DNA of 64,000 bases from Eledone cirrhosa (taxonomy: Eukaryota). The position numbers were made by a program, and so were the translations under genes. The DNA is taken from NCBI GenBank assembly GCA_964016885.1, contig OZ024743.1, positions 161,014,001-161,078,000 on the forward strand, written 5' to 3'. This document shows positions 1-15,025 of this stretch, piece after piece. The notes under the pieces are model-generated. The model saw only the letters and a program-made list of their open reading frames with translations, was not told the origin of the DNA and ran no database searches. Each line of letters starts with the position of its first letter. The first letter of the stretch is position 1.

Positions 1-149
1 GAAATCAAATAATCTAGAAAACATTAGATTTCGAGGACCTAACTATCGAAAACCTTCACCATTCAAAGATTACACCTATGGTAAATTATTTCTACTAAAC
101 AAAATATATTAGCAGTGTAAATCATACGCTAATTTAAGTGATGTACCGC

Positions 150-1205
150 AATAACCTAGTATATTTGATAATGGATGTGTGATTTTAATATTTTGTAGGA
201 TTATACTGGAAGAACTAACAACGTGATTCCCTATCAATTCTCTTATCACAATCCTGGAATGCATGTTAAGATAACTAGGTTAATCGATGAAAATCCCAAG
301 ATGAGAACTGTTCAGAGCTCTATACGCATGCTCATGAAAACAGACACCCACTTGAAATTGTATTGATAGCCAAATGATTGCAACCCTCTTGTGTTCTTGG
401 GGTAGTGGATTATTGAAAAGGAACTCAGAGCAGTCAATTTCCTATGTTTTATTTGCATCAAAAGTTTTTGTTCCACACTGAAATACGATGGTTGTCAAAA
501 GACAACTGTGTCGTTTTCTTTTTATTTTTGCTTTTTTTAGGGGGGGGGGGGGGGGGGGCTCAAAACACTCCACTATTTACTTCTCTAATTGTTTCTAAGT
601 GTGATATATTTTACTTTGTGACATATTCCCCCAACTAAATGATCTCAATACGTCATTGCCAGGAAAACAAAAAACACTTGTCGACTGTAAATCGTCAAAC
701 ACTGCCTTCATTTCTAAATTAACACTATATAAGATGAATATTTCAAGACGTCAGCCCCACCAAGTTCAAAGATTGAATAACTTGCAAGATGAATAGGTTG
801 ATGGAGATGTCATTACATATCACCATTATTTGCAATCATTGCATAATGACATGGTACAGTGATTTCAGGATATTGTCGCTTTACCTGTTTCAGTTTAGTA
901 TAACAACTCATTTTCAAGTTCAAGTAATCGATATCCAAGCGAGGTGAATTGCGGTTAAAGATGACTAATTTTAAAACCAATGAGTCTGCACTAGCTGTGT
1001 CGCCCCAGACTCAGGGGTCGCATTGATCGTATCTAAAAGAAGGTGTGTGCCAAAATATTTGATGTTATAACCTTTTACATTACTTTCAATAAGAAATAAT
1101 GTTTAATGTTTTGTAGAAATTAGGAAAGTTGCTAATGGTTTGATACTGGTTTTTCCATGTGAAAGTGGGCGATGACGCATAAAGGGTTGGGAGCCTCTGC
1201 TCTAA
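150..1205 (+). mobile_element. Decayed hAT (Buster/Charlie-like) DNA transposon remnant
   Basis: ORF 444-638 contains FLFHTEIRWLSK, matching the Charlie/Buster LLxHTEVRWLSRG motif. An RGELRLK-like C-terminal motif lies near 935-975, and a hAT-like terminus GGGTTGGGAGCCTCTG|CTCTAAAT near 1184-1207. Confidence 0.55.
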
Positions 1206-3419
1206 ATATTCATTTAAACATCTGACAAATTATACTATACGCAACTCAAAAACCCGAAAGAAGATCCATTTCGAGCAAAGATCTTACCTCACACTGTCTG
1301 AAAACACACCAAAATATAATCTCATTATTTACAAAACAATGCAACGAGGAACATAAAGAATATATACTAAGGAAGAAAACCAAAGGTCCTTAATTCCGGT
1401 AGAGTCTTAGGGCGCCGTGCTGGTACATTGTGTGACTTGGGCATTTTAAAATTTGACGGAGCACATCATTCCCCAGTTTGGAATGCGTTACAGAACTCAA
1501 AACTAAATCATCTCACACGATATTCACATGGTTTTACTGCAAAAGACAATGCTTTAATACTAATATAGAAACCGATAAAGATTATTGACGGCTTTATAAC
1601 ATACGCAAACCATGAAATAAGTACATAAATACTACAAACGGCACTTGAACACTGCTATGGCACACCAGAAATAACATTCAAAATAAAAACATGAAACATG
1701 AAGTACATAAAGAAAACGATTATGTACAGCACTTTCCCCCTCGCCAACCGCCCTAAAACAAACAAAAGCCCCAAACCATCATTCGCGGTGCACCTAAACT
1801 ACTTAAATAACTCACAGCAACGCATTCTCATACCACAATAACCTAATAACAACTTGTTGTCAGAAACCCCTTTCTGCTACACACACCAATCCACTACAGC
1901 TACATAACAATTTCCCAACTATCTTCTACCCACCTACACATCCCTATCACAAAACACTCACACCAATAAAAAGCAAAAAACACCTTCACAAGTTTCGACA
2001 ACATATAATGCAGCTGTTTCCACTAAAACAGAGACAACAAATAGTACTTCACAATTTATGGCAAACCTAGGCAAACATGATATAAGAGGTTTATTCGGCG
2101 TGACTAAAGCAATCTATGGACAACCGGTCGAACATTCGTTACATGTAAAGACGGTACTGAAACTTTCAACTGTCTGATAGAAAAAAAAAATCACAGAGAT
2201 TTTCTTAACCGAGATTCTGCATCGAATGAACTATCTCGGGATATCATCGGACAAATACCAATGTTGAACAAGTTAGCTTTAGCTGGAGAACAATAAACCT
2301 ACGTAAGGGAAAATGTAATAGGAAACAATGCATAAAGGGTTATTGCTAGCGAAAATCCAAAAAAGCTTGACCAAATGCTTGCTTGAAACGGAATGAACTC
2401 TATTAAAAATATCTATGCATCAAGTGGTAGTGTTAAACTAGGCAATATATTAGCCCCCCCCCCCCCCCTACTCCCGAAATACCTATATATTTTATCGAGG
2501 CACACGCATATAAGATTTCTTTATACGAAAAGTGAAAAGGGGAGAAACAGGAAAAAGGTAATGCAATGGGCAAAAAGTATACACAAAGAAAGTGTTTTAG
2601 AATCAAAATGTCTTTCTCTTTACTTTCATGATTCTACTTTCTAATGAATATCGTAAATTTCTGAATAGTTTTAACACGGCTGGAGTTATTAGCATCTAAT
2701 ATTCGAACAATTATTTCAGAAAATAATTTATCATCGCGTCTATGTAGGATTTAAAATTTAAGTAATGAATCCATTTTCCTGAAAGTTTTGTTTTTAATTA
2801 TTTGTAGTAAATAAATACACCAGTTCTAAAACTATTATTTCTTGTAAAGACCTATCACTTATAGGTAAGGTTTATTGTGGAAGTCAAGTAAATGATAGAA
2901 TAATAAACGGGGGGATGAGGAGAATTATTTGCGAGGAAAATTATAAATACACTGATAAAAATATGTTTATAGCTAAACGGGCGTATGTATAGAGTAGAAA
3001 ACGAAATTCCATATCTGTTTAACAATAAACCTAACTCCATTGAGAATAAATAATTGTGATACAACTTGAAAAACAATATTTATATTCATTAGAAAGAAAA
3101 ACAAGGCCTAGCGTTGTTGGCAAGTCAATGACCGACTTTACAATAAATTCTACTTGAATTGAATGTATATTGGCCAATAGGCACAGATAAGACAACAGGA
3201 TCTCTCTGATGAAAACATATTCATGCATATGTGTGTATATATTTGTGGATGAGTGACTGTTGATTTGGGTGTATAAATGTTTTTTTTGTGTGTGTTTGTG
3301 AGTGTGTGCGTGTGTGTATTTGTGCATGTCTCTTACAGTTTGTTTATATGTTACTTTTAACTGAGGATTTAATTGCTACTCATGCGAATAATTAAGATAT
3401 TCGTATGATTTGAGACATT

Positions 3420-4460
3420 ATGGTAGTATTGCCAAGAAGTGTGTGCGTGTTTAGTAGACCTCGAAAATGCATATGACTGCATTCCACGGGACCTATTGTG
3501 AAAGGTTCTGCAGGAGTATGGGACGATGGACAGCTTCTTATTGCCCTAATGTCTATATACGAATGCGTTAGTATTTGTGTTCAGATAAATGATGCTGAGC
3601 CGAAACCATTTAATATGGATATCAGACTCCGCCAAGAATACTTACTCCTACCTCTTTATGGACAGGATTGACAAGCGCAATCAGTATGGAGATGTATCAT
3701 GACTGGCGATGTAGGATCAGTCTCCTGGAATTTCCGGACGACATGGTACGACTTAACTCGTCAGAAGTTGATCTCCAACATGCACTTGATAGGTTTGCTG
3801 CTGAGTGCTGCACGGGAGGAATGAAAATCAGTGCTGCGGTGACACGCTTCCTTTCAAGGAAGCCTGCACAGAGCACTCTGCACGTGAATGGAGTTTTGCT
3901 GAAGCAGAAGTTCTATTATCTTTGTGTCATTTTCACGGGTGATGGAAGGCTTAATTGCAGGAACTGATGCACCAATGCGGTCATCAAAAGAAAAGAGGTA
4001 AATGTAAAAGCCAAATTCAACATCTTCAATTCCGTATTCATACAAGCCCTTACATATGCTCATAAATCTTAGGTAATGACCGAAAACACACGATCACGAA
4101 TACAAGTGGCCAAAATGGAATACTTCATTACTAGATAGCGTGCGTAATTTGGAGACCAGATAGTCACTCCATGTAGAGCCGTTACTTCTCCGAATTGAGA
4201 GATCACAGCTTCAATATTACGGACATGAGATTACAATGTTTCAGGAAATGATCGCTGGACAGATTTTACGGGCAAAAACTAACCGGCAGGAGACCCAGGG
4301 GGGACACCCAGAGCAAGATGGTTCGATACCATTCATGAGCTCGACTGGTTCGCTTGGGCATCCAACCGGATAGTCTGAGACGGTTGCTTCTGACAGGACC
4401 CACTGGAAGACGTGTTTGAGGACTATTCTCCCCACAACCCTTCCAGGAATAAGTGGTAGA
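3420..4460 (+). mobile_element. 5'-truncated, decayed RTE-clade LINE (RT C-terminal part and 3' end)
   Basis: DLENAYDCIPRDLLxKVLQEYG, LEFPDDMV (YADD equivalent) and GGMKIS remnants; homologous to the element at 7450-10020. Confidence 0.7.
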
Positions 4461-5764
4461 AGAGGAAGATACGATGGCATTTATTTAGTCTATCCATTGT
4501 TCTGTCTGGTTTCATTGGTGTATCCGTTTTGAAAGTTTGCTGTGGCGTGTTGAATTGCTGCTCATTGTTTAATGTATTTTCTGTTATTTCTGCCTCTGAG
4601 GAGAATGGTGGATTGGCCGAAGGATTAGTGCACCGACCAAAATCTAGCTGTGGGTGACTTTACCTTTCTTTCTTCCAAGTTCGCTTTAATAATGTTCCTC
4701 TTAAGAACTGCGTCGATATAATCGCTTTCCCCCTTCTCAAAATTATTGGTTTTGATTCTATGCTAGAAACCATTATTTCTATCACTGGAACATTGATAAA
4801 TAGATATACATCTAAAATAATGTTGCTTTTTGATTAGTTCCTTTTAATATTTCAAGGAACTCTTCGGGTGAATTTCATCTGGTTTGAGTCTATTCTCAAG
4901 GCATACACTCAGCCCGGATCAAACAACAATCCTAAGACTCGTCACTAACATCAGCTTACAATCGATACAACATAATATTCAAACTACTCTAACAATCCCA
5001 CAGAACTTTTCTACTCATTGTGATCATAGAGACAAATTTCAAAATGTATTCCGATGCGAATGTAATAAAATTAAATCACACGCACCAATAAGCAAATACT
5101 TAACGCGAAACTCACATAAACTCTGCATGATTTAAGAAGTAACGACAATATTGTAATATATTTGAATTATTGATAACTATGAATATATTGCAAAATCTAT
5201 CAGTTTGTTTAAGAAAGAGAATACTACCCAATTAAAAATTAATCTTAATATTTCAATTGGTGATAAACTCATAAATGTTATAGTAAAACTATGCATAATT
5301 TCTTAAATAAATACATTAGCAGACAAGATTGGTAAAACATTATATGCCATTATTAAACAATAGACACCGTAGTGATATCGTTTATATTCATCTGAAGATT
5401 TCCTAGGAGGTTTAGAAGAAACTAACAAATAGGCAGTATCTCCTCCCTAGATGCAGACAGTCAGTTTCTAAACGTTCCAGTAACAGAAACAACAGAAAGA
5501 TTATTAAGTAATGTATACAAATATGCCACAATTAAACCCACATAATATTCCACTTTCAAAAAATCAATATTCTGTACAACAAACATGCTATTTCGCTGTA
5601 AGTTATATAAGGAAAATGATTCACATGGGGGCATAGATTCAGAATGTTGTGCACGGCTGCACTAGAAAACAAAGTGGTACGATGTACACCAGTCCTCGGA
5701 TGAATTTGACCTTGGTTCAATGTATTCTCTCGAGCAATTGTTCTTATATTAAAATATAGGAAAT

Positions 5765-6100
5765 AATTGTTTCTGGTGCTTATTTTATCGACTCCGTAAG
5801 GATGAAAGGCAAAGTTAATCTCAGCGGAATTTGAACTCAGAACGTAAAGGGGCATATCTCTATGCTTGAAAGCATGGTGTCTGACGCTCTACCGATACTG
5901 CCAAACCAGAAATAATGATAATAATAATTGTTTCTACTTTTTACACAAGGCCAGCAATTACCCCAGAGCATTACTGGTGCATTATTTTATCGACCCCGTA
6001 AGGATGAAAGGCAAAGTTAACCTCGGTGGGATTTGAACTCAGAACATAAATGGCCATAACTCTATGCGGCAAAACATGATGTCTGACGCTCTACCGATAA
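5765..6100 (-). mobile_element. Two tandem tRNA-derived SINE copies with Meta-like core
   Basis: Two copies of TTTTATCGAC(C/T)CCGTAAGGATGAAAGGCAAAGTTAA...TTTGAACTCAGAAC, the reverse complement of a B-box plus the GCCTTTCATCCTTACGGGGTCGATAAA Meta-type domain. Same family as 23304 and 24403. Confidence 0.75.
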
Positions 6101-7395
6101 CGGTAGCTGATTTAGATACAAGCCCAACAATTTTTAGGGAGGGGAAAGAGACTGTTTAAATCGACTCCAGTGCGTTAGTGGTGCTTTATTAGAAACACAC
6201 TGGGGCCAATATAACCGACTTTCCCCTTCCTTTCAACCTTACTGACCTTGTAGTAATCACCAGTCTAATACCAACACGTCACACCATACCGCACCACTCC
6301 ATTACTTGATAACATCACGCCACCTTGCCACATGAAAACACCATTAAACACACGCGCCACACAACATTTCTGTACAACATCAACTAACTCTATTACTATT
6401 ACTATTCTACTGTAGCTCAGTAATGTTGGCGATGTTGGTACTACGTATTTGTTGATTGAGTGTTATTAGAAGCTAATTAGCACCCAAATAAGATATGTGT
6501 AATAAACACTTTAAAGATATGTGATATCGCATCGTTTCATTGAGATAATAGGATTTTAGAGAGAACACTCACTCAAACAGTTTTCATAGAGACTGGTGAT
6601 CTATATAACACAAACGTGTTGTTGCTTCCTTTCGTTGCCACGGTGATCGATAAATTCTGTCAAACCTATATTTATGTTGGTAGTTCTATATGATCGGCAT
6701 GGTGTTTTGTTAATGGTGGTTGTGGTGGCAGTGGTGCTGGATTACGCTGGTGTGGATAGGGTGGTAATGATTGCATTTATAGTGCTAGTGTTTGCATTTG
6801 TTTGTGGTGGTAGTGGCAGTGACTATGTAGTTTTTGATAATGGTAGTCGTGGTATAACTTTGTAATTACATGAGAGATAAGATGATGCGATACGAGAAAA
6901 ACACATTTCTAGAGAAATCTTATGAAAATAAACCTGATGAAAGAATCTTTAAATACAATATTTAGGGCTTCCTATGTACTGGGCAGATATAGATTAGTTG
7001 TAAAAGTCAATATATATTTTTTTTATGGAAAATCATGTAAATAAAGACAATTCGACAACTAATTGAACCCTGTTTGCCAAATTGGTTATTGAGTTATGTT
7101 AACGTAATGGTATTTATTTTTGTAGGGAACCAATTAGAACTTAATTTATGGAGCCCGGAAGAATAAAAACGTAAACTTGGTTTCGGCAAGATTTATACTA
7201 GAAAATAGAAAAATATAATTAAATATTGTAAGACAATTTATGGCTCTACTAATTCTGCCCATTACAACCCTCTATTTACTAATATATAACAATCCTAGCC
7301 TATTTATTGTGGATGGTTGATGTGATATAGCTCAAATTTAAAGAAGTGAGCATTCGGTCAACAAAGAGGTATGGTTCTCAGTATGAGATCTTTTT

Positions 7396-7419
7396 CGTCT
7401 TCTTCTTCTTCTTCTTCTT

Positions 7420-7449
<30 letters not shown>
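7396..7449. repeat. (TTC)n microsatellite, probably the 3' tail of the adjacent minus-strand LINE
   Basis: Visible TTC run abutting the 3' end of the 7450-10020 element. Confidence 0.85.
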
Positions 7450-7450
<1 letters not shown>

Positions 7451-10020
7451 GGGGTCAACCCCTAAGTCTTCTGTCGGTTATTTTTGCCGGTAAAAATCTG
7501 TCCGCCAATTGTTTCCTGGGGCGTTTTCACCTCGTGTTCGTAATATTGGAGCTATGATCTCTCAATTCGGAGAAGTAACGGCTCTACATGGAGCGAATCT
7601 TTGATCTTCGAGTTAGGCATTCTATCGAGTAACATTACTCTGAAGACCCTTTCGGCTGCTTGTATTTACGATTTTCTTTTTTTTTTTTTTTCATTACTAA
7701 AGATTCATAACCATAGGATTGCACGAATTCCGTATTGAAGATAGCGAGTTTGGTTTTTACAACTACCTCATTTCTTCTGATGACTGAATGCTGAAACTCT
7801 TGCACTTCTTGCACGCAATTCAACCTCATGCCTTCCATCGCTCGTAAACATGACCTTTGATACTTGAACATCTTCACCTGCTTCAGCGGAACCCCACTCA
7901 CATGTAGAGTTCACTGCACCAGCTTCATTGAGAGGACAAGTGTCTCCGTCTTCGAAGCATTAATTTTTATTCCGCCACCAAGCAGAAAACTGAGCAAATG
8001 CAATCGGAGGGCACCTCCTGACAAGTTAAGTAGTACCATGCCATCCACAAATTTCATCCAACTGATACTACACCCGTCAGCCTTGAACCACTTCTAACCT
8101 GCCTGCGTGTGTTAATCCTGTTCATGAAGGTTGTGAACAGAAAAGGTGAGTGTATGCACTCTTGGCGGAGTCCGACACCCATATTAAATGGTTTCGACTT
8201 AGTGCCATCTATCCGAACACAAGTACTAAGACATTCGTATAGAGACATCAAGGCAACAAGAATCTGTCCATCGATCCCATACTCCTGTAGAACCTTCCAC
8301 AACAAGTCCCATGGAACGCGGTCATACGCCTTTTCGGGGTCTACGAAACAAGTATATACTCCTTGACAATACTCCCATGAATGCTCAAAGACCTGCCGCA
8401 ATGTGAATATTTGGTCGCTGTGTTGCGTCTGAAGTGAAAGCCACACTGTTCGCCAGCTAGCTTAAACTCGACAATATCCGTACATCTCTTTGCTAGATAC
8501 TTAACATAGACGTTGCCGGCCAGCTTAAAAGGAGATCCTTCTATAATTGGAACAAGTCCTCGTGTTTCCCTTTTTGAAAATCAGAATTATCACTCCCGAT
8601 TGCCATAGCTTAGGTGCCTTTCAGGAGAACCAGACCATCTGTCACACACGAGTCTTCCAGTGAACACCTCTATTTAAGGGTTTTAATATTTCTGTCTGAA
8701 TTTCATCTGCCCCAACTGCCTTACCACATTTGAGCGCTTTAATTGCTTTAGTGACCTCAGCCTCTGAGAGTTTTGATATCTCTCTCAGATGCACCTCGTG
8801 TACATCAGGAGATGCTGTGATCCGTTTTAGGGGATCAGCAAATTGTGCTTTCCACCCCATGAGGATGAACCTCTCTCAAGAGAAGAGAACCCCAGATGTG
8901 TTCCTTATAGGCTTGAAGGATGGATTCTTATTACGAAGTCAGCGGGGGGGGGGGTCTGTGAGAACATATTATTTAGTAATCTGAAGTGGGATTCCAGTTT
9001 AACCCCAAAGACCTTCCATGTTTTAACTTATGATGCCTTCACTGTCTCTACTGGGACTTTTTTCGCCTCCTTGTCCCGCAAGTGCAAGAAGGAGGGCTTA
9101 TTTCCAAGCCATGCTTTGTAAGATTCCTTCTTTGCTAGGATGGCATTTTTTACCACTTGATTGAACCACGGGGCACTCCTGCCACCCATGGTTACACTAA
9201 GCCGCTTTCGTCCGTAGCATTTACAGCTGGCGCAGAAACTGCCGATCTGAACAGTCCCCACTCCGGTTCAACGTCTTCAATTTTCTCAGGAAATTGTCTG
9301 GATTTGGATGCAATAGTATTCACAAACCAATTTCTGACATCTTATCTGCCAGCGCTTCTTAGTTTATCCTGTAAGTCGAGTTGGTCAAGCAAGTTTTGTG
9401 GGTTTTCCTGGCTTTAAATAGTCTCAGGCTGCCGATAACTAGATGGTGATAAGTTGATAGCTCAGCCCATCTCTTAAGACGCACAGAATCGAAGAGATCA
9501 GAAAAAATAACAAAATCAATCATTGATCTCTATCCCCGATTCCCCATATACCATGTATATTTATGGATATCTTTGTACTTTAATGTGTTCATAATAGAGA
9601 GCTCATTACTAGAACAGAAATCTTCCTCGTTCGTATTTAGATCGGGCTCGCTGTTCTTTCCAATCACGCCATTCCATGTTAGATGCCCAGTGCCAACATG
9701 TGAATTGAAGTCTCTCATTACGATATATGACTCCATCTTAACTACATCTAAAGAGGGATCTGTATTCAGATTCTTTGTTTTGGTGCATAAACTTGCTCCA
9801 ACACAAGAGACTAATTTTTCAGTCTTCACTTCAAGAGACAAATCCTCCCTCCTAATGGGATGCAGTCCATAGCACATTCTGACAGACGGGGGTTTGTGAA
9901 TATCCTCACTATTGCTTGTGCAGTTTTTTTCTGATGCCATACCTGAATAGTGGAGTTCCTATCCTCCATCCAAATCTACAGTGTCTGAGCCACGGAACTT
10001 TGTTAAGGAAACCCCGACTA
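7450..10020 (-). mobile_element. Decayed RTE-clade LINE (APE endonuclease + RT)
   Basis: Fragmented ORFs: MRDFNSHVG/NTLKYKDIHKYTW (APE), KCGKAVGADEI, DQIFTLRQ/FVDPEKAYDRV/GVGLRQ (RT). Many frameshifts. Confidence 0.8.
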
Positions 10021-11160
10021 TATCTCTACCTTGTTTTCATTTTAAAAATAAAATTTCTAAAGTATCGAAATTGATCTTAATTTCTGTTTTAGCGGAAAGG
10101 TTCTGAATAAAGAGAAGGCATTGTAGCCATTGTTATCAGATCAATATCAGTTAACATATACCAACTGTACATAAACAAGACGAAATAATTGTTTCCCGAA
10201 CCAATGCAGGCACATATTTTGTTCCGGTTCATATCCTGTATTGCTATTGTACTTTAATTGTTGAAAATGATAGGATTAAACATTTTTAATGAATGTTCTA
10301 CTACATCCAGTTTGGTAGAGTTCCAATAAGTGCCCTCTATTTTCGTTTCAATACTCTACACCTTCTCTTGTCTTTTCACTTGGTGCACGACTTATTGCCG
10401 TGAGTTTCTCATAACTAGCGATATTCCATTGTCATTGTTGATTTTCATCGCCATAATTGTTCCATAGTCGTGACAGGATATGATTCATAGGTGAAAAGAA
10501 TTTGTTTCCTAGTTTCCTTTGCTGGTTTTAATTGTATTTAATTTCACGTTTGTTTTAAAGCATATGAATTGCGACTGGTGAAACCGCCTCTGTTGTAAAG
10601 TTAATAAGAACAATTACTTATTGGTGAATACCTCCAGTCATAAAGCTAAAGTAGATAATGACATTTATTACCCTAATACACGAGGAGGTAATTAATCAAT
10701 ATCGGTTGAGAGTATAAATCGATCCAATTATTATTACTCCGCTCTAAAGTCATTGTGGCTCCAACGAAATTTGTATTTATACCTACCGGTAAACTAACTG
10801 TTGCTACAATGGACTTAGTTACATCATTTTAATGAATCTAAACCAGGTAAATTTTTACAGCTTACATCATCTCGTCTACGCTAAAATGTTCACAATATCG
10901 GCAAGATGATGGAAAGGAAATCAATTTAATGTTGAAGTTTAAAGGTTTCCTATTCGGTGATTTTGGGTAACTTTGCTGAAGGACAATATTACCAGGCAGA
11001 CAGGTTTATTTGCCAAATGTATTCCACTCAAGTATATTTCATTATTGTCTACTGGTGAAATATTCCTTCTTAATAGTTGTTTCGTTCCGAATGTAATTCC
11101 AGCTCAAGTAGGTAAAAACATCACTCCAAAGTCTTCCTATTTTCTATTACATATCCGGCT

Positions 11161-11182
11161 TCTCTCACTCTTTCTCTCTCTC

Positions 11183-11232
<50 letters not shown>

Positions 11233-11260
11233 GGGGAATATATATATATATATATATATA

Positions 11261-11335
<75 letters not shown>

Positions 11336-11348
11336 CTATCTATCAATC

Positions 11349-11403
<55 letters not shown>

Positions 11404-11635
11404 TTTTCTCTCCTTTTCTCTCTCTTTCTCTCTCAAATCATACACATTTACTCAACACTTCTCACAACTATCCTATAGTTATTAGTCTCTCACAACTCTC
11501 TTATATTTCCCACAACTGCACCTATTTATTTGTCTCTCTATTCTTCTAACGTTCATATACACCACTTCATTCCCCCCCCCCTTCTCTATCACACTCGCAC
11601 ACCAACCTTTATCTCTCCTAATTATATCTATATCT

Positions 11636-11727
<92 letters not shown>

Positions 11728-11740
11728 GCACACACATACA
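11161..11740. repeat. Compound (CT)n/(TA)n/(CTAT)n/(CA)n microsatellites
   Basis: Directly visible. Confidence 0.9.
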
Positions 11741-12432
11741 CCTATCTCTCTATCTTCCGCGTACATAACCCAGTCTCTCTTCCTCTCTTGTTTCTCACTC
11801 ATCCTCTCTGTCTCACATAACCAATCTCTCTTACTCACCCAATCCCACAATCCCCAGCTAAACTCTGCATTTCTCAATATGAAATTTTGTTTTATTTCCT
11901 ATTTTGTATATTTATTGAATTATCTTTATTGTTCTATTTAACTGAGTTGGTGGTGTTAGTGCTAGTCATAAAAACGACAGCAACTACTGCAAGGACAACT
12001 GCTATAACAATAACATTACCATCACCTCCACCACCAGCAATATTAACAACAACCGCTAGAATAGTATCCAAACTCTATTGTGTAACTAATCGGCAGTTAA
12101 ACTTTGCCTTATTAATGTTATAATTGACACACCCACTGAGTCACACATATATGTGTGTACATGCATATGTAGCAAATAACCAGGATCTAGTCAACCGACT
12201 GGAAATAGCAACCACATCTCCTTCAATTCCCATCATACCAACATTTGAAAAAAGAACAACTACATATGTGAAATTAGAAAAGATGAAATCGTCATGAATA
12301 CAAAGCTTTTCATTTTTAGAGGTCGGCTCAATAATTTCAACGTGTTTTAATTTAAACATGTGTTAAGCACTTGCGTTTTTGTAAATCATAAAATTCTATA
12401 TAAACTGTATTAAACGTTGCAAGTAAACAGTA

Positions 12433-15025
12433 GCTTTATTTTTTTATTTTTTTAACACATAAATGAACTTATTCAAAAGCAAAAAACAAACCTTATTTAG
12501 TAGGAAAAAATTAAAAAGGGGGAAACAAAAGGAAAGAAAGAATAGGGAAATATGGGGAAAAAAAGAGAGAAAGAAGAAAAGAACGGGAATGCGAGAGGAT
12601 GGCAAGAGCTCTGGTGTCACAGATGAGAGGCGAAGGTTGAAGTGGGAGGGGGATTGGGCTTTTGGCTTAGGGCAAGGGGACAGGAGTGCTGTGCCCCGCG
12701 GATAAAACGACAAAAACATTCCCACGGACGATGGCCAGTGACACCCGCTGCAACAGCCACCCAACCTTGCGGGGCTCCCTCCTCAGACGGGCCGCGGATC
12801 TTGCGGAGGCGCTCGGCAGTATGGGGTCCAAGTACGCCTGAGGTCTCGACGGTGGCTGGTGCGAAGGGGAAGTGGCCGGACAAATCCCGGTATTTGCTTA
12901 TTTTACGCTCTTCTGCGAGACGGGCTGCGATGCCGGGGTTTGTGGCCGAAGCGACTAAATTGGAGGCGGAGAACCTGCCGCAGCAGATAGCGTCCCAGAT
13001 GAGGGATCTACCTCCCTCGAATGGGAAGAGATGATTCCATCGGAGCACTTGCCATCTCCGCGGTCTAGGCCTGCTGGATCCAGTTGAGATGGAAAGCCAG
13101 CTGCGTCCAGGCTTCTTCTCAATATGTCGTTGAGAGCGGCGTGTCGGGGGAACCGGCCTGCGCTCAGGCGACAAGACAGAGGGTGCAGGCCGAAGTTGTC
13201 AACAACTGCCCCGCAGCGGCATTTACACGGAGGCCAAGACGTTGGGCTATTCCGATTCGAGTGCACTCATCATCAAGTAGGGTACCAGTTGATGAGGAGG
13301 GCACCGAATTGAGCCACGCGTAGCTATTGGGCTGAGAAGCGGAGCAGAGGCAGACGAGGCAGTGTTGGTCCAAGCCGGACTCGATCCACCTGACAGAGGA
13401 CCTGCAATTGATGTCGTCCCAGTTACGTTGGACCGTGGTATACTGGAGTATAGAGAGGCCTTCGCCTGTCCAGAGCCTGTTGCATCTCGGGAGCCTGGTC
13501 AGGTTCGGCCGTCTGGCTGAGATCCTCACTGACGAGAGCGCGATTGAAAGAGATAGAGGAAAGGTAGGCAGGTAAAGCTAGGTCCGAAGGTGGTCGGAGG
13601 CCGAGGCCATCGAACCTTGCGGGGAGTGTCGCCTGTTGCCAGTCTGCACTGTTGAAACTGACATTGCAGATGAGTTCCGCACAACGTCAAATGGTGGCGT
13701 CCATTTCCCGAGAAGATCTGCGTGGGGGTGGCAAGGCACTGCGCAGCGGGAATGTGAGTTTGGGGAGGGAGAAACAGTTCCTCAAGACGAAGAGCGCGGG
13801 GTGAGCATCAATGAGGCGCAGCATTTCTGCTAATCAGGACTAATCCGCGTGTTTGGTCTCCAGGCATTCTCTTATGGCTTTCGGGAGAATGGGGGAGCCT
13901 AGAATGCATGCAGCGTCATTGGGGGTCGGCTGATGACGGGCCAAGAAGGCTTGGAGCAGAATACGGCGTTGCAGAATTCGGCCTCTCCGTAGCTGATGTT
14001 GGTCACCTCAGACTTGATTGGGTTGGTCTCGAGTCTGGGGAGCTTCAGAACTGGGATGATATGCCGAAGGTCCTCAACTATCGTCTCAGTCGGGTCACCC
14101 AGAGTCGCGTCGTCGAGGTACCAGACGTTGAGGGGTGACTGGACTGGCCAGGCTACCGCGTCGATGCCAGCGCGAATAGGAGCGAGTCGAGAGGGTCCTC
14201 CTGCTGGACACCTGTGGTGAAAGAAACCCTGTTGTCAGCGGCCATGAGTGAGTTGGGTCTTCCGTACGAAAGGTGAACGAGGGGGTACATGGGGGGAGCT
14301 CGTCTGAGACATGTCTCTAGGACGTGATCCCGTCTAACGCTGTTGAAGGCGTTAGTCATGTCCAGCTTTACGAAGAGGTGGGGTGACGAGGGAGGCGCGT
14401 GCTCTATGAAGTGTCTGGCCGCATGTGCGGCGGCCTCACAACCTCACTTGATTCTCACTCCAAGCTGCACAGGGCTCAGCAACTCTCTCAGGTCATCTTT
14501 GACTGACTTGCAAGCTAACTTGGTTGCAAGTCGTCGGAAGACGTTACCCACCGCGATGTGGCGAACGCCTCCGTCATTCTTCCTCAGGGCAGTGAAGCTG
14601 GCTGAGAAGAAAAGCTCGTGGGCATGACTGGAAAACTTTGCGTGGAGGAGACAGTTGGTGAGGGCTGTTAATGACTGGAGCAGTCGTGCCCCTGCTTCCG
14701 TCGCGTAAGACGATGTGAGGTCTCGGAGGTGACCGGGGCACAAGCCGTCTACTCCACCACTACTGCTACCAGGGAAAGATCTTAGGGCGGCTACCACGTC
14801 CTCGCTGGACACTGCCGGGGGGAGATTGCTGGCCGGGGCTGGAGTATCCCTGATGTCAGCAGGAGGGTCCGGATGTTTGAGGCGGAGCGCTGACAAAACA
14901 TCCGGTGTTGGTGGGAGCACAGCATCGCTTGAGGCCAGCACACGTACAGCCGGCGAGATGTCCCCCTCAATTAGTTTGAGGTTGACTCTGTCCTGGAGAC
15001 GTTTCGTGCTGTCGTGGGTGGACTG
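12433..15025 (-). mobile_element. CRE-clade non-LTR retrotransposon (RT + CCHC + restriction-like endonuclease), 5'-truncated and frameshifted
   Basis: GC-rich block. GGVRHIAVGNVFRRLATK, PVQLGV, DMTNAFNSVRR, GVQQEDPL (RT); CRCG..HPLSC (zinc knuckle); DGKCSDG, LIWD, AEERKISKY, PATVETSG (RLE). A-rich tail at about 12433-12455. Confidence 0.8.

Noticed and set aside
6930-6965. CTGATGA motif
   Set aside because: No properly placed GAAA or stem I.
11482-11877. ORFs such as [24 protein letters not shown] here and throughout the window
   Set aside because: Translations of microsatellites, not genes.
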